The notes: a model not told the origin generated them from the sequence alone. DNA of 64,000 nt from Candidatus Micrarchaeota archaeon (GCA_026396415.1 JAPLWX010000035.1:51381-115380), one strand, 5' to 3'. Counted from the stretch's first letter, positions 1 through 9,504 are shown. Numbers and translations are program-made.

Positions 1-416
1 CGAGAAGGGATGGGCTGCATATTACCTTGCCTCGAACAGGTATTTCGGCGCTGATTGGGCAGTGCTCAATGATTTCCTAAGCCAGCGCGACAGGGACGGG
101 GACTGCTGCTCCGGCAGCACTTCGGGCACCTGCTACCAGCATTACATAGACTACCTGCGCTCGAGAAATACGCCGGATTTGGCACCGCCAGGCAATGACT
201 ACGGCGCGCAGGTGATGAGCCGCTTCCGCGCGGCAGTCACGACTTGCCAAAGCGACTGCCCCAGCTGAATGCGCAGGCACGGGAAGAAATGCTCCGGTGC
301 CCCGCTAGGCGGGAGGAAAAAATGCCTGTTCCCGCTAATCGACAGCCAAAAACCAGAAAAAACTATTCGCCCGCCTTCGCGCCCGGAACAGGCTGCTGCA
401 TGATTCAGGCAAAATC

Positions 417-854
417 CTATTCGCCTGATTTTGCCCTGCTTGACTCCCGCCCGCGTTCAAGCTCGATTATCTGGCGGTTCCTCACCACGTCTTTCGGGAA
501 GTGCCTTCCGCGCATGAAGAAGTTCTTCTCGTATGTCTTTGCCTCGAACCTGGAGGCTATGATGTCCGCCGCCGCCTCGACATCGAAGTCCTTGCAGGAG
601 AAGATGTCAAGCGAGACATAGTTCTTCTCCGGGAAGGTGTGCATGCTGATGTGGGATTCGGCTATCAGCACAATCCCCGATACGCCCCAGTCCTCGGGCT
701 TGAGGCCTGAGTATGAGAACGTATAGGGCGGCATTATCTTGGTCATGCCAATCATTGAAGGCAGCTCATCCAAAAAATTGAAGACAAAACTGACATCCTT
801 AAGCTTCTTCTTGTTGCATCCGTACATATCCATTGTCAAGTGCGGCCCGAACAT
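417..854 (-). CDS. speH: S-adenosylmethionine decarboxylase proenzyme (pyruvoyl-dependent, archaeal SpeH type)
   Basis: 145-aa ORF with the AESHISMHTFPE block (ESHxS self-cleavage serine, HTxPE) typical of class 1 AdoMetDC. Confidence 0.75.
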   Translation of the reverse strand: MFGPHLTMDMYGCNKKKLKDVSFVFNFLDELPSMIGMTKIMPPYTFSYSGLKPEDWGVSGIVLIAESHISMHTFPEKNYVSLDIFSCKDFDVEAAADIIASRFEAKTYEKNFFMRGRHFPKDVVRNRQIIELERGRESSRAKSGE

Positions 855-934
855 TTGTTTCTTTTCCTCCCGTTCCCATGCTAGGGAAACGTGCTATTTC
901 CGTGCGGGTTATCCCTTATAAACGTTTGCAGCCT

Positions 935-1145
935 TGCAGGAAAAAGTGCATTTATAATCGCTTTTGGCTCAAAAGTAGGCATTTATAGCGCTCTTTTTCA
1001 GAAAAAGAGCCTTAATAGCTTCTTTTATTCAATTAGGCATGGCAATAGGCTTTTTGGCATGAAATGGCAATTCTATCCTTGATTTTTTTGAAAAAGGCAA
1101 GCTAATGGCTGATTTAAGCGCAATCAGGCTCATTATAGCTGATTT
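935..1145. repeat. Array of about 7 imperfect ~21-bp direct repeats (GGCATTTATAGCGCTTTTT-like) in the AT-rich divergent intergenic region
   Basis: gcatttataatcgcttttggc / ggcatttatagcgctcttttt / gccttaatagcttctttta / ggcatggcaataggctttttggc / ggcaagctaatggctgattta / caggctcattatagctgattta, read directly from the sequence. Confidence 0.5.
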
Positions 1146-1215
1146 ATTTGCGTTTCAGGCGGAACAGGATTTTCATGGGAAAACTGCACAGGCTGCAAAC
1201 CAATAAATACACCGC

Positions 1216-1923
1216 GTGCGAACGTTTGGCATGACAAGCTGCATAAAATGCGGGGGGTCCATCGGCGACTTTGACGCCGGCGGCGACATGATTTGCCAGA
1301 ACTGCGAAGCCGCAGGCGCTGGAGGGGCAGGCGCGGCTGCAAACGTCCCGTGCCAGCGCTGCGGGATGTACCTGCCGTCCCATGAGCTTCGCATGTTCAA
1401 TTCGCGCCTCTACTGCTCATACTGCATCATGGACATGCAGGATGAGGAAAAGAGGGGCAAGGCTGCAGAAGGGAAGGGCACGGGCAAAGAGGAAAGGAAT
1501 GCCTCGGGAACCTGCGAGCGGTGCGGCAGGAGCACGGACACGCTTTATTCCATCCAGGGGAGGAGGCTTTGCTCGAGCTGCTTTTCCCTCGAAAGCGGGA
1601 GCAGCGGCGGCTCGCCGTCAATGATCGGCATGATTTTGGAAAGAGTGGCGCTTGCGCTTGGCGTGAGGCAGAAGCCAAAGCCAATCACCGTGCTGCCCTT
1701 GGAGAAACTGCGCGCCAGGGAGGCAGGCGGGCCGGAGGAGGAGCTGGCGCGGAAGAAGGCAATGGAGAAGTTCGACTTGAAGGAAAGGAGGATGATGGAA
1801 GAGGAGGAGGGTGAGATTGGCACCGTGGAGCCGCTCTCGGAAGAGCGCACCGGCGAGAAAAAGCCGTCGCCCGAGGCGAGGAGGAAATTCTTCCCCAAGC
1901 TTGGCGGGGAAAAGAAGGATTAG
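1216..1923 (+). CDS. Zinc-ribbon protein with three CxxC...CxxC units and a charged Lys/Glu/Arg-rich C-terminal tail
   Basis: CIKCGG...CQNC, CQRCG...CSYC and CERCG...CSSC motifs. The start could be M1 or M6. Confidence 0.5.
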   Translation: MRTFGMTSCIKCGGSIGDFDAGGDMICQNCEAAGAGGAGAAANVPCQRCGMYLPSHELRMFNSRLYCSYCIMDMQDEEKRGKAAEGKGTGKEERNASGTCERCGRSTDTLYSIQGRRLCSSCFSLESGSSGGSPSMIGMILERVALALGVRQKPKPITVLPLEKLRAREAGGPEEELARKKAMEKFDLKERRMMEEEEGEIGTVEPLSEERTGEKKPSPEARRKFFPKLGGEKKD

Positions 1924-2014
1924 CGCGCGACTGCAAGTGACATCAAAGGCGCGACCATGCAACCAGTACACCATTTTTAAGCATCCATCCGCAAAAATAA
2001 CTCTTGGTGAGAAA

Positions 2015-2704
2015 ATGGCATCGGCAACCAAAACCAGGCAGGCCGCCCCTGATTTATCTGATGAGCAGATTGAAAAGCTGAATTCGTCTATCTTGGGCTT
2101 CACTGTACCAACGATAAGCCTGCCTGCAAAGCCGCAGCAGCAGGAAAAAACATGCCCGGTCAGAGAGGATAAGCGATTATTCCAAATTGAATACGACAGA
2201 GATGACAAGCAGGGCTACGAGCGGTCGCTTATCGAGAAAGCGAAAGAACACGGGCTAAAATTCGCGAAAAGCGACATCCGGGGGGAAAAATATTACAGCG
2301 GCGAGCTGACTGATTCCGAAGGCAAGCAGTATTCGCTTTCGATACATGACAGTTATTTATACGAAGTGCTGACACTGAAGGACTTCCAAAAATTACTGAG
2401 TGAAAACAAATACGTTGTTGTGACAGACGGCTCACCGACATGCACCCCTTGCGTGGCTGCAAAGGAAGCAGTAGACAAAATGCGCAATGACCCGCGGCTT
2501 GTTCAGCTTGGCATTGCATTCGTCAAGACCACTGCAGTTTCACCGCTGGAAGACATGTTTCATAAAGCACAGATTGGCTATGAAAAGGTCGGCATCTATG
2601 ACCAGAGCGGCAGACTTCTTGGTTTATTTGACATTATCAAGGATAAAAAAGACCCGGCAGGCGCACTCCTCAAAGCCATAGAAGCCTATGAACAAAAGAA
2701 TTGA
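2015..2704 (+). CDS. Hypothetical protein with a possible thioredoxin-like CxxC motif (VVVTDGSPTCTPC)
   Basis: The ORF 1811-2704 overlaps the previous gene, so the internal ATG at 2015 (MASATKT) is the chosen start. The CTPC motif follows a hydrophobic strand, as in the thioredoxin fold. Confidence 0.45.
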   Translation: MASATKTRQAAPDLSDEQIEKLNSSILGFTVPTISLPAKPQQQEKTCPVREDKRLFQIEYDRDDKQGYERSLIEKAKEHGLKFAKSDIRGEKYYSGELTDSEGKQYSLSIHDSYLYEVLTLKDFQKLLSENKYVVVTDGSPTCTPCVAAKEAVDKMRNDPRLVQLGIAFVKTTAVSPLEDMFHKAQIGYEKVGIYDQSGRLLGLFDIIKDKKDPAGALLKAIEAYEQKN

Positions 2705-2722
2705 CTGAGATGGGCAGAGTTC

Positions 2723-3034
2723 CTACAGCCTCTTTATCGTGCCGCTTGTTGACAATGGCTTGATCCTTGCAATCGCGCCCTTCCATCCAGCCAGGCATGC
2801 CATGCAAAAAATTGCCTCGTCGGTGCGCGAGCGCTCGCAGCGGAGGATGCCCCTGCCGGAAATGGCATCGTATTTCACCAGCTTGAAGGCGAGCGAGGAT
2901 ACGCCGCTCTCGCCGAAAAACGAGAGGAAGTGGGAGTGCACGATTTCCTTTGCCTCGTTATAAGCCGGGGGCTTGTCCGAGAGGGAAAGTGAAAACGATA
3001 TGTAGCGGCGCTTGAAGCGCTCTGTCGGCTTCAT
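2723..3034 (-). CDS. rnp2: RNase P protein component Pop5 (Rnp2)
   Basis: 103 aa. The KRRYISF start, GILRCERSRTDEAIF and the C-terminal STSGTIKRL match archaeal Pop5 (compare Pyrococcus GIIRCDRNHV...VSGTIKRLK). Confidence 0.7.
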   Translation of the reverse strand: MKPTERFKRRYISFSLSLSDKPPAYNEAKEIVHSHFLSFFGESGVSSLAFKLVKYDAISGRGILRCERSRTDEAIFCMACLAGWKGAIARIKPLSTSGTIKRL

Positions 3035-3495
3035 TTTCCCACCTTGCCCCCTGTGAGGCTAAGCAGTTTTTTCTCCGCGCCCTTCCTTTCAACGTCGGAC
3101 ATGCCAAGCACGGCTGCAAACGCGGAAATCTCGCGTGCGCTGCGCAATTCATTTGCGTCCTTTGCAAGGGTGGCAAAAACGAAACTTGTGCCGCGCTTGC
3201 GGCAGGCGGCGAGGGCCAGCCTCATCTTGGAGAGCAATATTGCGCGGCGGAAGCCCGACTCGGACAGGATGTCCGATAGGGAAAAGACAAGCGCGCCGCC
3301 TGCGCGCGCAAGCTCAAGCAAATCGCCCTCGTCAATCTCGCATGAGCTGACGTGGAGCAATATGCCCTTCTTCCTGCAGAGGGGCTTTGCGGCCCTGGCG
3401 TCTGGCGCAGAAAAAAAATTTGAAAGCGAGCCTGAAAAAATCTTGCCTTCGGCTGCGCTTGTTTCCAGCCCCTGGAAAAGCACGATGTCGACCAT
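3031..3495 (-). CDS. rnp3: Probable RNase P subunit Rpp30 (Rnp3), unusually short
   Basis: It lies directly upstream of Pop5 with a 4-nt ATGA overlap, the canonical superoperon position of Rpp30. The call is weak on sequence alone (154 aa against about 210 aa for a typical Rpp30). Confidence 0.4.
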   Translation of the reverse strand: MVDIVLFQGLETSAAEGKIFSGSLSNFFSAPDARAAKPLCRKKGILLHVSSCEIDEGDLLELARAGGALVFSLSDILSESGFRRAILLSKMRLALAACRKRGTSFVFATLAKDANELRSAREISAFAAVLGMSDVERKGAEKKLLSLTGGKVGK

Positions 3496-3498
3496 GGC

Positions 3499-3969
3499 TT
3501 ACCTTCTTCCCTTCTTGCCGGCAGAGGTCAGCCCGCGGAAAGCCCTGCCCTTCGCGTTCTGAAGGAGCTTCTTGTCCGCAAGTATTACCTCGAAATATTT
3601 CTTCATGCCGTCCTGGCCCACCCAGTAGGAGTTCACCACTTCAAGGTTCCGAAAGACGCGGGCGACCTTTTCCTCCCCCTGGCGCTGGAGCGACTTCCCA
3701 GGCGAGAGATAAGCGACATTTTTTGCAGGCTTCCTGCCGCCCCATGGGTGCGGCCTCTTGCGCGAGCCCCTTCCCACGGCGACGCGCGCCATGTAGATGC
3801 CTTCCTTTGCCTTGTATCCGAGCGAGCGGGCGCGGGAGAGGTTGGTGGGCCTTTCAATGCGTGACACCGTCCCCTGCTTCCTCCATTCGGTGATTCTCTT
3901 GCGCAGTATCATGCTCCGCTCGTGGTATTCCTTCTCAAAAGTCTCCGTGATGTACTTGTACATTCCCAT
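3499..3969 (-). CDS. rpl15e: 50S ribosomal protein L15e
   Basis: The MGMYKYI...RIERPTNL...[23 protein letters not shown]...SYWVGQDG...[15 protein letters not shown] blocks match archaeal L15e. The start is the internal ATG at 3969 within ORF 3499-4008. Confidence 0.9.
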   Translation of the reverse strand: MGMYKYITETFEKEYHERSMILRKRITEWRKQGTVSRIERPTNLSRARSLGYKAKEGIYMARVAVGRGSRKRPHPWGGRKPAKNVAYLSPGKSLQRQGEEKVARVFRNLEVVNSYWVGQDGMKKYFEVILADKKLLQNAKGRAFRGLTSAGKKGRR

Positions 3970-4182
3970 TTTTTCACCGTCCTCTTGGTTGTTCTCACTG
4001 ATGCCCATTCGCGTGACTCACCTGATTAAATCAGGGGTCCGGCGCGCGAGCGCCTGGACGAACCGCACATATCAGGCATCTAAAAGTCTGCGGACAGACT
4101 TTTGGATAAGTGGAATCGCGATTCCACTGCACTCTCGTATGTGCCCCAAAACCTATAATAAGCTTGCCGTGGCAGGCAAAAT

Positions 4183-4596
4183 ATGGCGTCGGCATTCCAG
4201 CTTATTGGCTATCTCTTCCAGATAGCGGGGATGCTCGTAATGTTCTATGCGTTTGTGATGCTGGCGGCTGGCATCCAACAAGTGACTGGCGGCGTGACAA
4301 GCTCTGCAGGGCAGTCGGCTGGCTTGCCATCCGCCTCCCAGCAGCAAAATTGCACTGCCGATGGCGCTGAAGCCGGCGAGTGCGAGGACTTCTCAACTCC
4401 AGATGGGTTTAATGCCGCGCTTACCAAGAGAATTGTCAATTTTGGATATTGGCTGGCAGGAGGCTTGGCGCTGCTTTTTATCGGCTTGGGAATGCGGGCA
4501 GGCGGGGAAATTGGCGGCTTTTTCGCCAAGCTTCTCGGAAAGGAGAAGAACATGGAAAAGGCGCCGGTTGGCTTGCGCGGGCGGGATATTTCCTGA
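4183..4596 (+). CDS. Small membrane protein with two predicted TM helices
   Basis: The termini are hydrophobic (LIGYLFQIAGMLVMFYAFVMLAAG and YWLAGGLALLFIGLG). There is no family match. Confidence 0.35.
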   Translation: MASAFQLIGYLFQIAGMLVMFYAFVMLAAGIQQVTGGVTSSAGQSAGLPSASQQQNCTADGAEAGECEDFSTPDGFNAALTKRIVNFGYWLAGGLALLFIGLGMRAGGEIGGFFAKLLGKEKNMEKAPVGLRGRDIS

Positions 4597-4604
4597 TTGC
4601 GCGC

Positions 4605-5546
4605 CTATTCCACCAAAAACGTTTTCTCGCGGTACACTATGGTGTTCCCCACCACTGCACGCTCGCCGATGCTTATCCTTGCCCCGCCATTGTGCCCCTC
4701 GAAGCTCCCTATCACGACCGCGCTCTTCCCCACGTTGTCAAGGAGCCTGTCCATTGGCACCATGTCCTCCATGCAGAAGCGCGTCACCTGGGAAAACGGA
4801 AGTGAAATCGAGTCCTTGCCTGAGCGGAACGTGAGATGCTTGTGGTCAAGGAAGATCCTGCCGCTGCCATTGCGGCGCATGAAGGAAAGTATTTCCGCTT
4901 TTGATGCGCGTATCTTCCCCTTGAGCCGTGAGCGAGTCATTAGAAGCAGCGTCTCGTCCACTCCGGAAAGCAGCTCATGCGCCTCGCTTTTCGCCTCGAA
5001 AAGCCGAGCATGCGCGCGGCTGTCCTTTGTTGTGAGCAGCTTGCCCAATCGTGAGAGCTTGGATTTGCAGAGCTTGGCAGAGTTTGAAAATGAAAGCAGG
5101 GCGATTTTGCCAGGGGCCAGGCGGGTTTTTCTTGAGCGCTTTGCCATTTCATTCAGCGTTGCCTGCATTTTCCCCAGGAGGGAGCGAAGCTCCCTAAATT
5201 CGCGCGCTACATAGATGCCCTCGCCTGCCACTGCAGCGCCTGTTGCCAGCGGGGCAAGCGTGCCAAGCTCGTCCAGTATTTTTTTCGCCATCACCGCGGT
5301 TTCATTGAGCTCAAGGTCAGTGCCTGCGCGCGCAAGCCGCGCCTGAGCCCTGCCGAGCTGGTCCTCTAGGTTGTCCATTGAGCGTGAAAACCCTGATGAG
5401 GCTTTTGCTGCAGACAGAAGCGCGCGCCTAAGCCCGCGCGACTCGCGCGAGAGGGAGGAAATTTCCTTTTCGCATTTTTCCATGGAACTGGTTGATTTCG
5501 AGATCTGGCTCGAGAGCCCACCAGCTTTGCTGTTGGTCGCATTCAT
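4605..5546 (-). CDS. Hypothetical coiled-coil protein with a C-terminal bactofilin-like beta-helical segment
   Basis: The N-terminal 230 aa are rich in Leu, Ala, Lys, Arg and Ser in a heptad-like pattern. The C-terminus (SAVVIGSFEGHNGGARISIGERAVVGNTIVY) resembles the bactofilin/DUF583 repeat. Confidence 0.45.
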   Translation of the reverse strand: MNATNSKAGGLSSQISKSTSSMEKCEKEISSLSRESRGLRRALLSAAKASSGFSRSMDNLEDQLGRAQARLARAGTDLELNETAVMAKKILDELGTLAPLATGAAVAGEGIYVAREFRELRSLLGKMQATLNEMAKRSRKTRLAPGKIALLSFSNSAKLCKSKLSRLGKLLTTKDSRAHARLFEAKSEAHELLSGVDETLLLMTRSRLKGKIRASKAEILSFMRRNGSGRIFLDHKHLTFRSGKDSISLPFSQVTRFCMEDMVPMDRLLDNVGKSAVVIGSFEGHNGGARISIGERAVVGNTIVYREKTFLVE

Positions 5547-5561
5547 GATAATCTACCCGAT

Positions 5562-6578
5562 TCATTCTTTATTAACCTTCTTTTGCCGCCTGCTTCCCAT
5601 CCCGAAAAACTCCGCTGACGGGAAATAGACTATCTTGTGCTCCGCAGACCACATGTAATAGCTGTACGTCCGAATCGCAGGCGCAAATTTCGTGCGGAAG
5701 CCGTCTATTACCTTGCGGAACTCCTCGTGGCTCTCCACTTCCATCTCCATCTCAAGCTCGGTGCCGCCGCCAATGCTTTCGTAAGCGTATAATATGTTCT
5801 TGTGCGCGCCAAAGTAAGCCAGCATCGCCTTCTTTTTCGAATTGTCTTCGAGCTGGAACTCGACCTTGTACCAGTAAACGCCTATTTTTTCCATCCCAAT
5901 CTTCGGACGGAAGCCAAGAAGCACTTTTTCCTTTTCCAGCCTCTTGAGCCGGTATTTTGCAGTGTTCACGGACAGCCCCGCTGCTTTGGCAAGCTCCACA
6001 AGGGGCATGCGCGCGTTGCCTGAAAGCGCGGAAAGAAGCCACACGTCCTCCTCGTCAAACTCCACCGGCCTGCTGCTTCCTGCAATCAGGTCGTACTTCG
6101 GCGCTTCCTCGCGCGCAGAAAGGTAATTCCGTCTCCATACGTGGAAGCCGGAGTAGAACGATTCCCGGTAGCTTTCGATTTTGCCCCGGTACTTGTTCAG
6201 CAGTTCCTCCTTCACAGCATGGAAGTCCGCAACGTCCTTCACCCAGTAGGCAATGCCCATGTCGGCAAATGAGCCCGATATGGAATTCACCCACCAGGAG
6301 CGGGGTTCGCGCGCAAACTCCTCCACCATGGCAAGCTCGTCTGCAGGCGACGCGCCCTTCAGCTTTATGAAAACCCTGCCGTTCAGATAACCTAGTTTTG
6401 TGATATCCACAAGCGCATAATAGCCCTGAATTATCCCCTCGCGCTCCATCCTTGCAATCCTGTAGCCCACCACTTCCTTGCTCAGCCTCACCTTCTTCGC
6501 AATCCTCGAGTTCGGCTGCCGCGCATCCAGGTCAAGCTGGTAAAGTATTTCCCTGTCCTTGCGGTCAAGCGTGAGCAT
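5562..6578 (-). CDS. Tandem-duplicated Lrp/AsnC-family transcriptional regulator (two HTH plus RAM units)
   Basis: There are two HTH_AsnC-like segments (DRKDREILYQLDLDARQPNSRIAKKVRLSKEVVGYRIARMEREGII and EDVWLLSALSGNARMPLVELAKAAGLSVNTAKYRLKRLEKEKVL), each followed by a RAM-like domain. The start is the ATG at 6578 within ORF 5562-6701. Confidence 0.8.
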   Translation of the reverse strand: MLTLDRKDREILYQLDLDARQPNSRIAKKVRLSKEVVGYRIARMEREGIIQGYYALVDITKLGYLNGRVFIKLKGASPADELAMVEEFAREPRSWWVNSISGSFADMGIAYWVKDVADFHAVKEELLNKYRGKIESYRESFYSGFHVWRRNYLSAREEAPKYDLIAGSSRPVEFDEEDVWLLSALSGNARMPLVELAKAAGLSVNTAKYRLKRLEKEKVLLGFRPKIGMEKIGVYWYKVEFQLEDNSKKKAMLAYFGAHKNILYAYESIGGGTELEMEMEVESHEEFRKVIDGFRTKFAPAIRTYSYYMWSAEHKIVYFPSAEFFGMGSRRQKKVNKE

Positions 6579-6672
6579 AATCTCATTTTCAATCAAATAT
6601 TTATAAGCATTTGGCTTTTTGAGAAAAAATCTGCTAAGAATTTTTATATATAACATATGCCATAGCGAAAGC

Positions 6673-7416
6673 ATGGGACTTTCAGATTCCTTCAAATCCA
6701 CCTGCCGCGTGCTGTTCGGGCAGGAGATAGGCGAGCTTTCAGGCTACAAGAACTATCTTCTTGACATGGTCGACCAGCCATCGCTTGCCACGTCCGCGCT
6801 TTCAGGCAAGCCAATCCATCTTTCCCGCCCGCATTATGCTAAGAGCGCGCGCTTCGTCGACGTATCCGAAGCATCCGCGCCTTCAGCGGCCGGCGCGCTT
6901 TCCATCAATGATATTAAGGATGTGGACTCGGCGCTTGCTGCTCTCTCTGAGAAAATGGCATACTGCGGCAACAAGAACCTTGGAAGGTCGATGGATGTTC
7001 TGGAATCAGACATGTGCCAGGACTCTATGTACGTGCTTTCCTCCCAGAATGTTATCGAGTCAAAGCACGTTGCCTACTGCAACGGGATAAGGCAGAGCGA
7101 GAACACCTATGGCTGCCAGCTCGGCGGCGAGGTGGGCTTTTCCATCCATTCCCAGGTGTTCTTCTATTCCACGCGCTGCTTTGACGCCTACCTTTGCGTG
7201 AAGTCATCAGACCTTTACTCGTGCTTCAACTGCAAGAACTCGTTTGACGCCATGTTCTGCTTCAACCAGAACTCGGCGAGGTGCGCAATAGGCAACCTGC
7301 AGCTCCCCAAGGAGAAATACATTGAGCTCAAGAAGAAGCTGCTTTCCGAAATAGCGCAGGAACTTGAGGCAAAAAAGAGATTCCCCTCTATATTCGAGGC
7401 GGCGGGAGGCGCTTGA
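6673..7416 (+). CDS. Octapeptide-repeat Cys-rich protein, A-type half (family I cannot place)
   Basis: 247 aa. It has an N-terminal CRVLFGQEIGEL..Y..L motif and a C-terminal CFNCKNSFDAMFCFNQNSARCAIGNLQLPKEKY block. It is homologous to the N halves of 9510-11087 and 33258-34874. Confidence 0.7.
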   Translation: MGLSDSFKSTCRVLFGQEIGELSGYKNYLLDMVDQPSLATSALSGKPIHLSRPHYAKSARFVDVSEASAPSAAGALSINDIKDVDSALAALSEKMAYCGNKNLGRSMDVLESDMCQDSMYVLSSQNVIESKHVAYCNGIRQSENTYGCQLGGEVGFSIHSQVFFYSTRCFDAYLCVKSSDLYSCFNCKNSFDAMFCFNQNSARCAIGNLQLPKEKYIELKKKLLSEIAQELEAKKRFPSIFEAAGGA

Positions 7417-7417
7417 G

Positions 7418-8179
7418 ATGGCTGATAAGCTTGAAGAGGCATTCTCAAATGCCACCCGGCTTCTTTTCGGCAAGCCCCTCTCCCCAATCGCAAAATACGA
7501 GAAGTGGCTCTCGCAGCGGGTGCCTCGCGGCAGGCGCGTGAAATCCTGCTTTGGCACGGGCGAGGCATACCTTCCTGATTACGGATTCTTCAGGAAAATG
7601 CCGCAGACAAAGGTGGCGTCGCTTGAAGACGAGGCAAAGGCAAGCCAGCCTCTTCTCAAAAGCGCGGAAGGGGTGTCCCTATCAGGCATAAGACAGGCGG
7701 TTGCAGCAGGCGCCTATTTCGTGCCCACTTACTCGCAGGGCAACAATATAGGAGTGGAGGATTCGTTCGGCTACATAGACTGCCTCAACGTGAAGCATGC
7801 GTTCGACCCTTTCACCTCTAAAAACTGCGCCTACGCACTTTCCATAATGGAAGCGGAAGGCTCGTTCGGCCTGCACCGCTGCAAGGCGCCGAAATTCTCC
7901 ATCCATCTTTACAATTGCTGGAACGTCCAGCGCTGCTTCGAGATGGACTCGGCGAACAACTGCTCGGACTCTATGTTCTGCCACAACGTGGAGAACCTGC
8001 AGAACTGCCTCTTCTGCTTCAATGTGAAAAGCAAGCGCCATGCAATCGGCAATGTGGAAGTGGGAAAGGAAAAATACTTCGAATTCCGCGCGAAACTCTG
8101 CGCAGAGATGGTGCGCCAGCTTGAGGCAAGCGGGAAAGTTGCATTTGACATCTATGATGTGCTTGGCAGGAAGGGCTAG
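7418..8179 (+). CDS. Octapeptide-repeat Cys-rich protein, B-type half (same family)
   Basis: 253 aa. Its ATG at 7418 overlaps the upstream stop in a TGAGATG arrangement. The TRLLFGKPLSPIAKYEKWL motif and the C-terminal CSDSMFCHNVENLQNCLFCFNVKSKRHAIGNVEVGKEKY block are homologous to the C halves of the fused paralogs. Confidence 0.7.
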   Translation: MADKLEEAFSNATRLLFGKPLSPIAKYEKWLSQRVPRGRRVKSCFGTGEAYLPDYGFFRKMPQTKVASLEDEAKASQPLLKSAEGVSLSGIRQAVAAGAYFVPTYSQGNNIGVEDSFGYIDCLNVKHAFDPFTSKNCAYALSIMEAEGSFGLHRCKAPKFSIHLYNCWNVQRCFEMDSANNCSDSMFCHNVENLQNCLFCFNVKSKRHAIGNVEVGKEKYFEFRAKLCAEMVRQLEASGKVAFDIYDVLGRKG

Positions 8180-8230
8180 CCCCTCACCGCCCCATTGGCT
8201 TCGGGCTCTTGCAGCAATCAAACTTGTATT

Positions 8231-8254
8231 TTACAAAATGCATGCATTTTGTAA
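8231..8254. promoter_or_regulatory. Perfect 24-bp palindrome TTACAAAATGCATGCATTTTGTAA, followed by a direct repeat of TTTTACAAAAT and a TATA-like TTTATATATT at about -30
   Basis: Read directly from the sequence. It is centred about 69 bp upstream of the ATPase ATG at 8311, and the TATA-like element lies at 8281-8290. Confidence 0.6.
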
Positions 8255-8310
8255 CTTTGATTTTACAAAATACACAAACATTTATATATTTATCTATAGA
8301 AACCATAGCT

Positions 8311-9504
8311 ATGGAAGAGCGCATATTTTCCCGCATCTTGGAGGACAGCCGCGCACGCATCATGGCGGCCGCGGCATTCCCGCACAGGCGCTACCTTTAC
8401 AGGACGCTTGCAGGGGTGCCGAAGGAATACTTTGCCGGCGTGTGCGGATTGCGCGGCATCGGCAAGTCCGTGCTTCTGCTGCAGCTTGCATCAGAAGCCA
8501 AGGATTCGCTTTACCTGTCAGCCGACTCGGCCTATCTCAAAGGAGAGGATTTGTACGAAACAATCCGCTTCTGCGCCGCGCGCGGGTACAAAAGCCTGTT
8601 CATAGATGAGATACACTATTCGGATGAATGGCAGTCTGCGCTCAAGACCGCCTATGATGAAGGGCTGGCAAGGATATTCTTCTCAGGCTCATCCGCGCTT
8701 GAGATAGGCAAGGGCGCGGACCTGTCCAGGCGCGCGCTTGTCTACAAGATGTTGCCGCTTTCCTTTCGGGAGCATCTGACTATAAAGCGCGGCTTCCCGG
8801 AAGCGCAGCCGCTTGCGCCAAGGCAGCTTTTCGACCCAAAAAAGAGGGAGCGTGCCTACCTTGAGAACACCAAGGCATCAGCATTCCTTGGGGATTATTT
8901 CGCATTCGGCGGCACAGCCTACCCTGCGCAGGAAAAAGCCTATTTCCACAAGTCCCTTGAGAACACTGTTGAAAAGATACTGCAGTCCGACCTTGCCCGC
9001 ACAAGGGAAATTGGTGCGGCATCAATAGAGGACGCTAAGAGGATGCTCCACTTCATCGCGCTCTCCCCGGCAGGAGAGCTTTCCTATTCCTCGCTTGCCT
9101 CCAAAGTCTCGGTGTCAAAGCCGACCGTGATGCGCGTGCTTTCTGACCTTGAAAGGCTGGGCATGGTGCTGCGCACGCTGCCCTGCGGGAAAAGCTCTGT
9201 CAGGAAGGAGCCCAAGCTCTACCTTGCATTCCCCTTCAGGAGCTTTTTCTGCGACTCGCTTCTTTCGCAGCCTGACATCGGCGCACTCCGCGAGGAATTT
9301 TTCGTGAACCACGCCTATCCAGAAACATGCTACCTCCAGGGGGCGCGCGGGCAGAAGACACCTGACTTCATGCTTGATGGCAAAAGCGTCGAGGTGGGCG
9401 GCGCTGGCAAGGGCGCTTACCAGATGCCCGATTTCATCATGAAGGAGGGCGGCGAATTCACCGGAAAAAGCATCCCGCTTTTCCTTGCAGGGTATCTTTA
9501 CTGA
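8311..9504 (+). CDS. AAA+ superfamily ATPase with a C-terminal wH/DUF4143-like region
   Basis: It has a Walker A (GLRGIGKSVLLLQ) and a Walker B (SLFIDEIHY). The C-terminal KPTVMRVLSDLERLGMV looks like a winged helix. This is the archaeal AAA_14 plus DUF4143 architecture. Confidence 0.8.
   Translation: MEERIFSRILEDSRARIMAAAAFPHRRYLYRTLAGVPKEYFAGVCGLRGIGKSVLLLQLASEAKDSLYLSADSAYLKGEDLYETIRFCAARGYKSLFIDEIHYSDEWQSALKTAYDEGLARIFFSGSSALEIGKGADLSRRALVYKMLPLSFREHLTIKRGFPEAQPLAPRQLFDPKKRERAYLENTKASAFLGDYFAFGGTAYPAQEKAYFHKSLENTVEKILQSDLARTREIGAASIEDAKRMLHFIALSPAGELSYSSLASKVSVSKPTVMRVLSDLERLGMVLRTLPCGKSSVRKEPKLYLAFPFRSFFCDSLLSQPDIGALREEFFVNHAYPETCYLQGARGQKTPDFMLDGKSVEVGGAGKGAYQMPDFIMKEGGEFTGKSIPLFLAGYLY

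Noticed and set aside
3387-3893. 168-aa plus-strand Arg/Pro-rich ORF
   Set aside because: It is antisense to the L15e gene.
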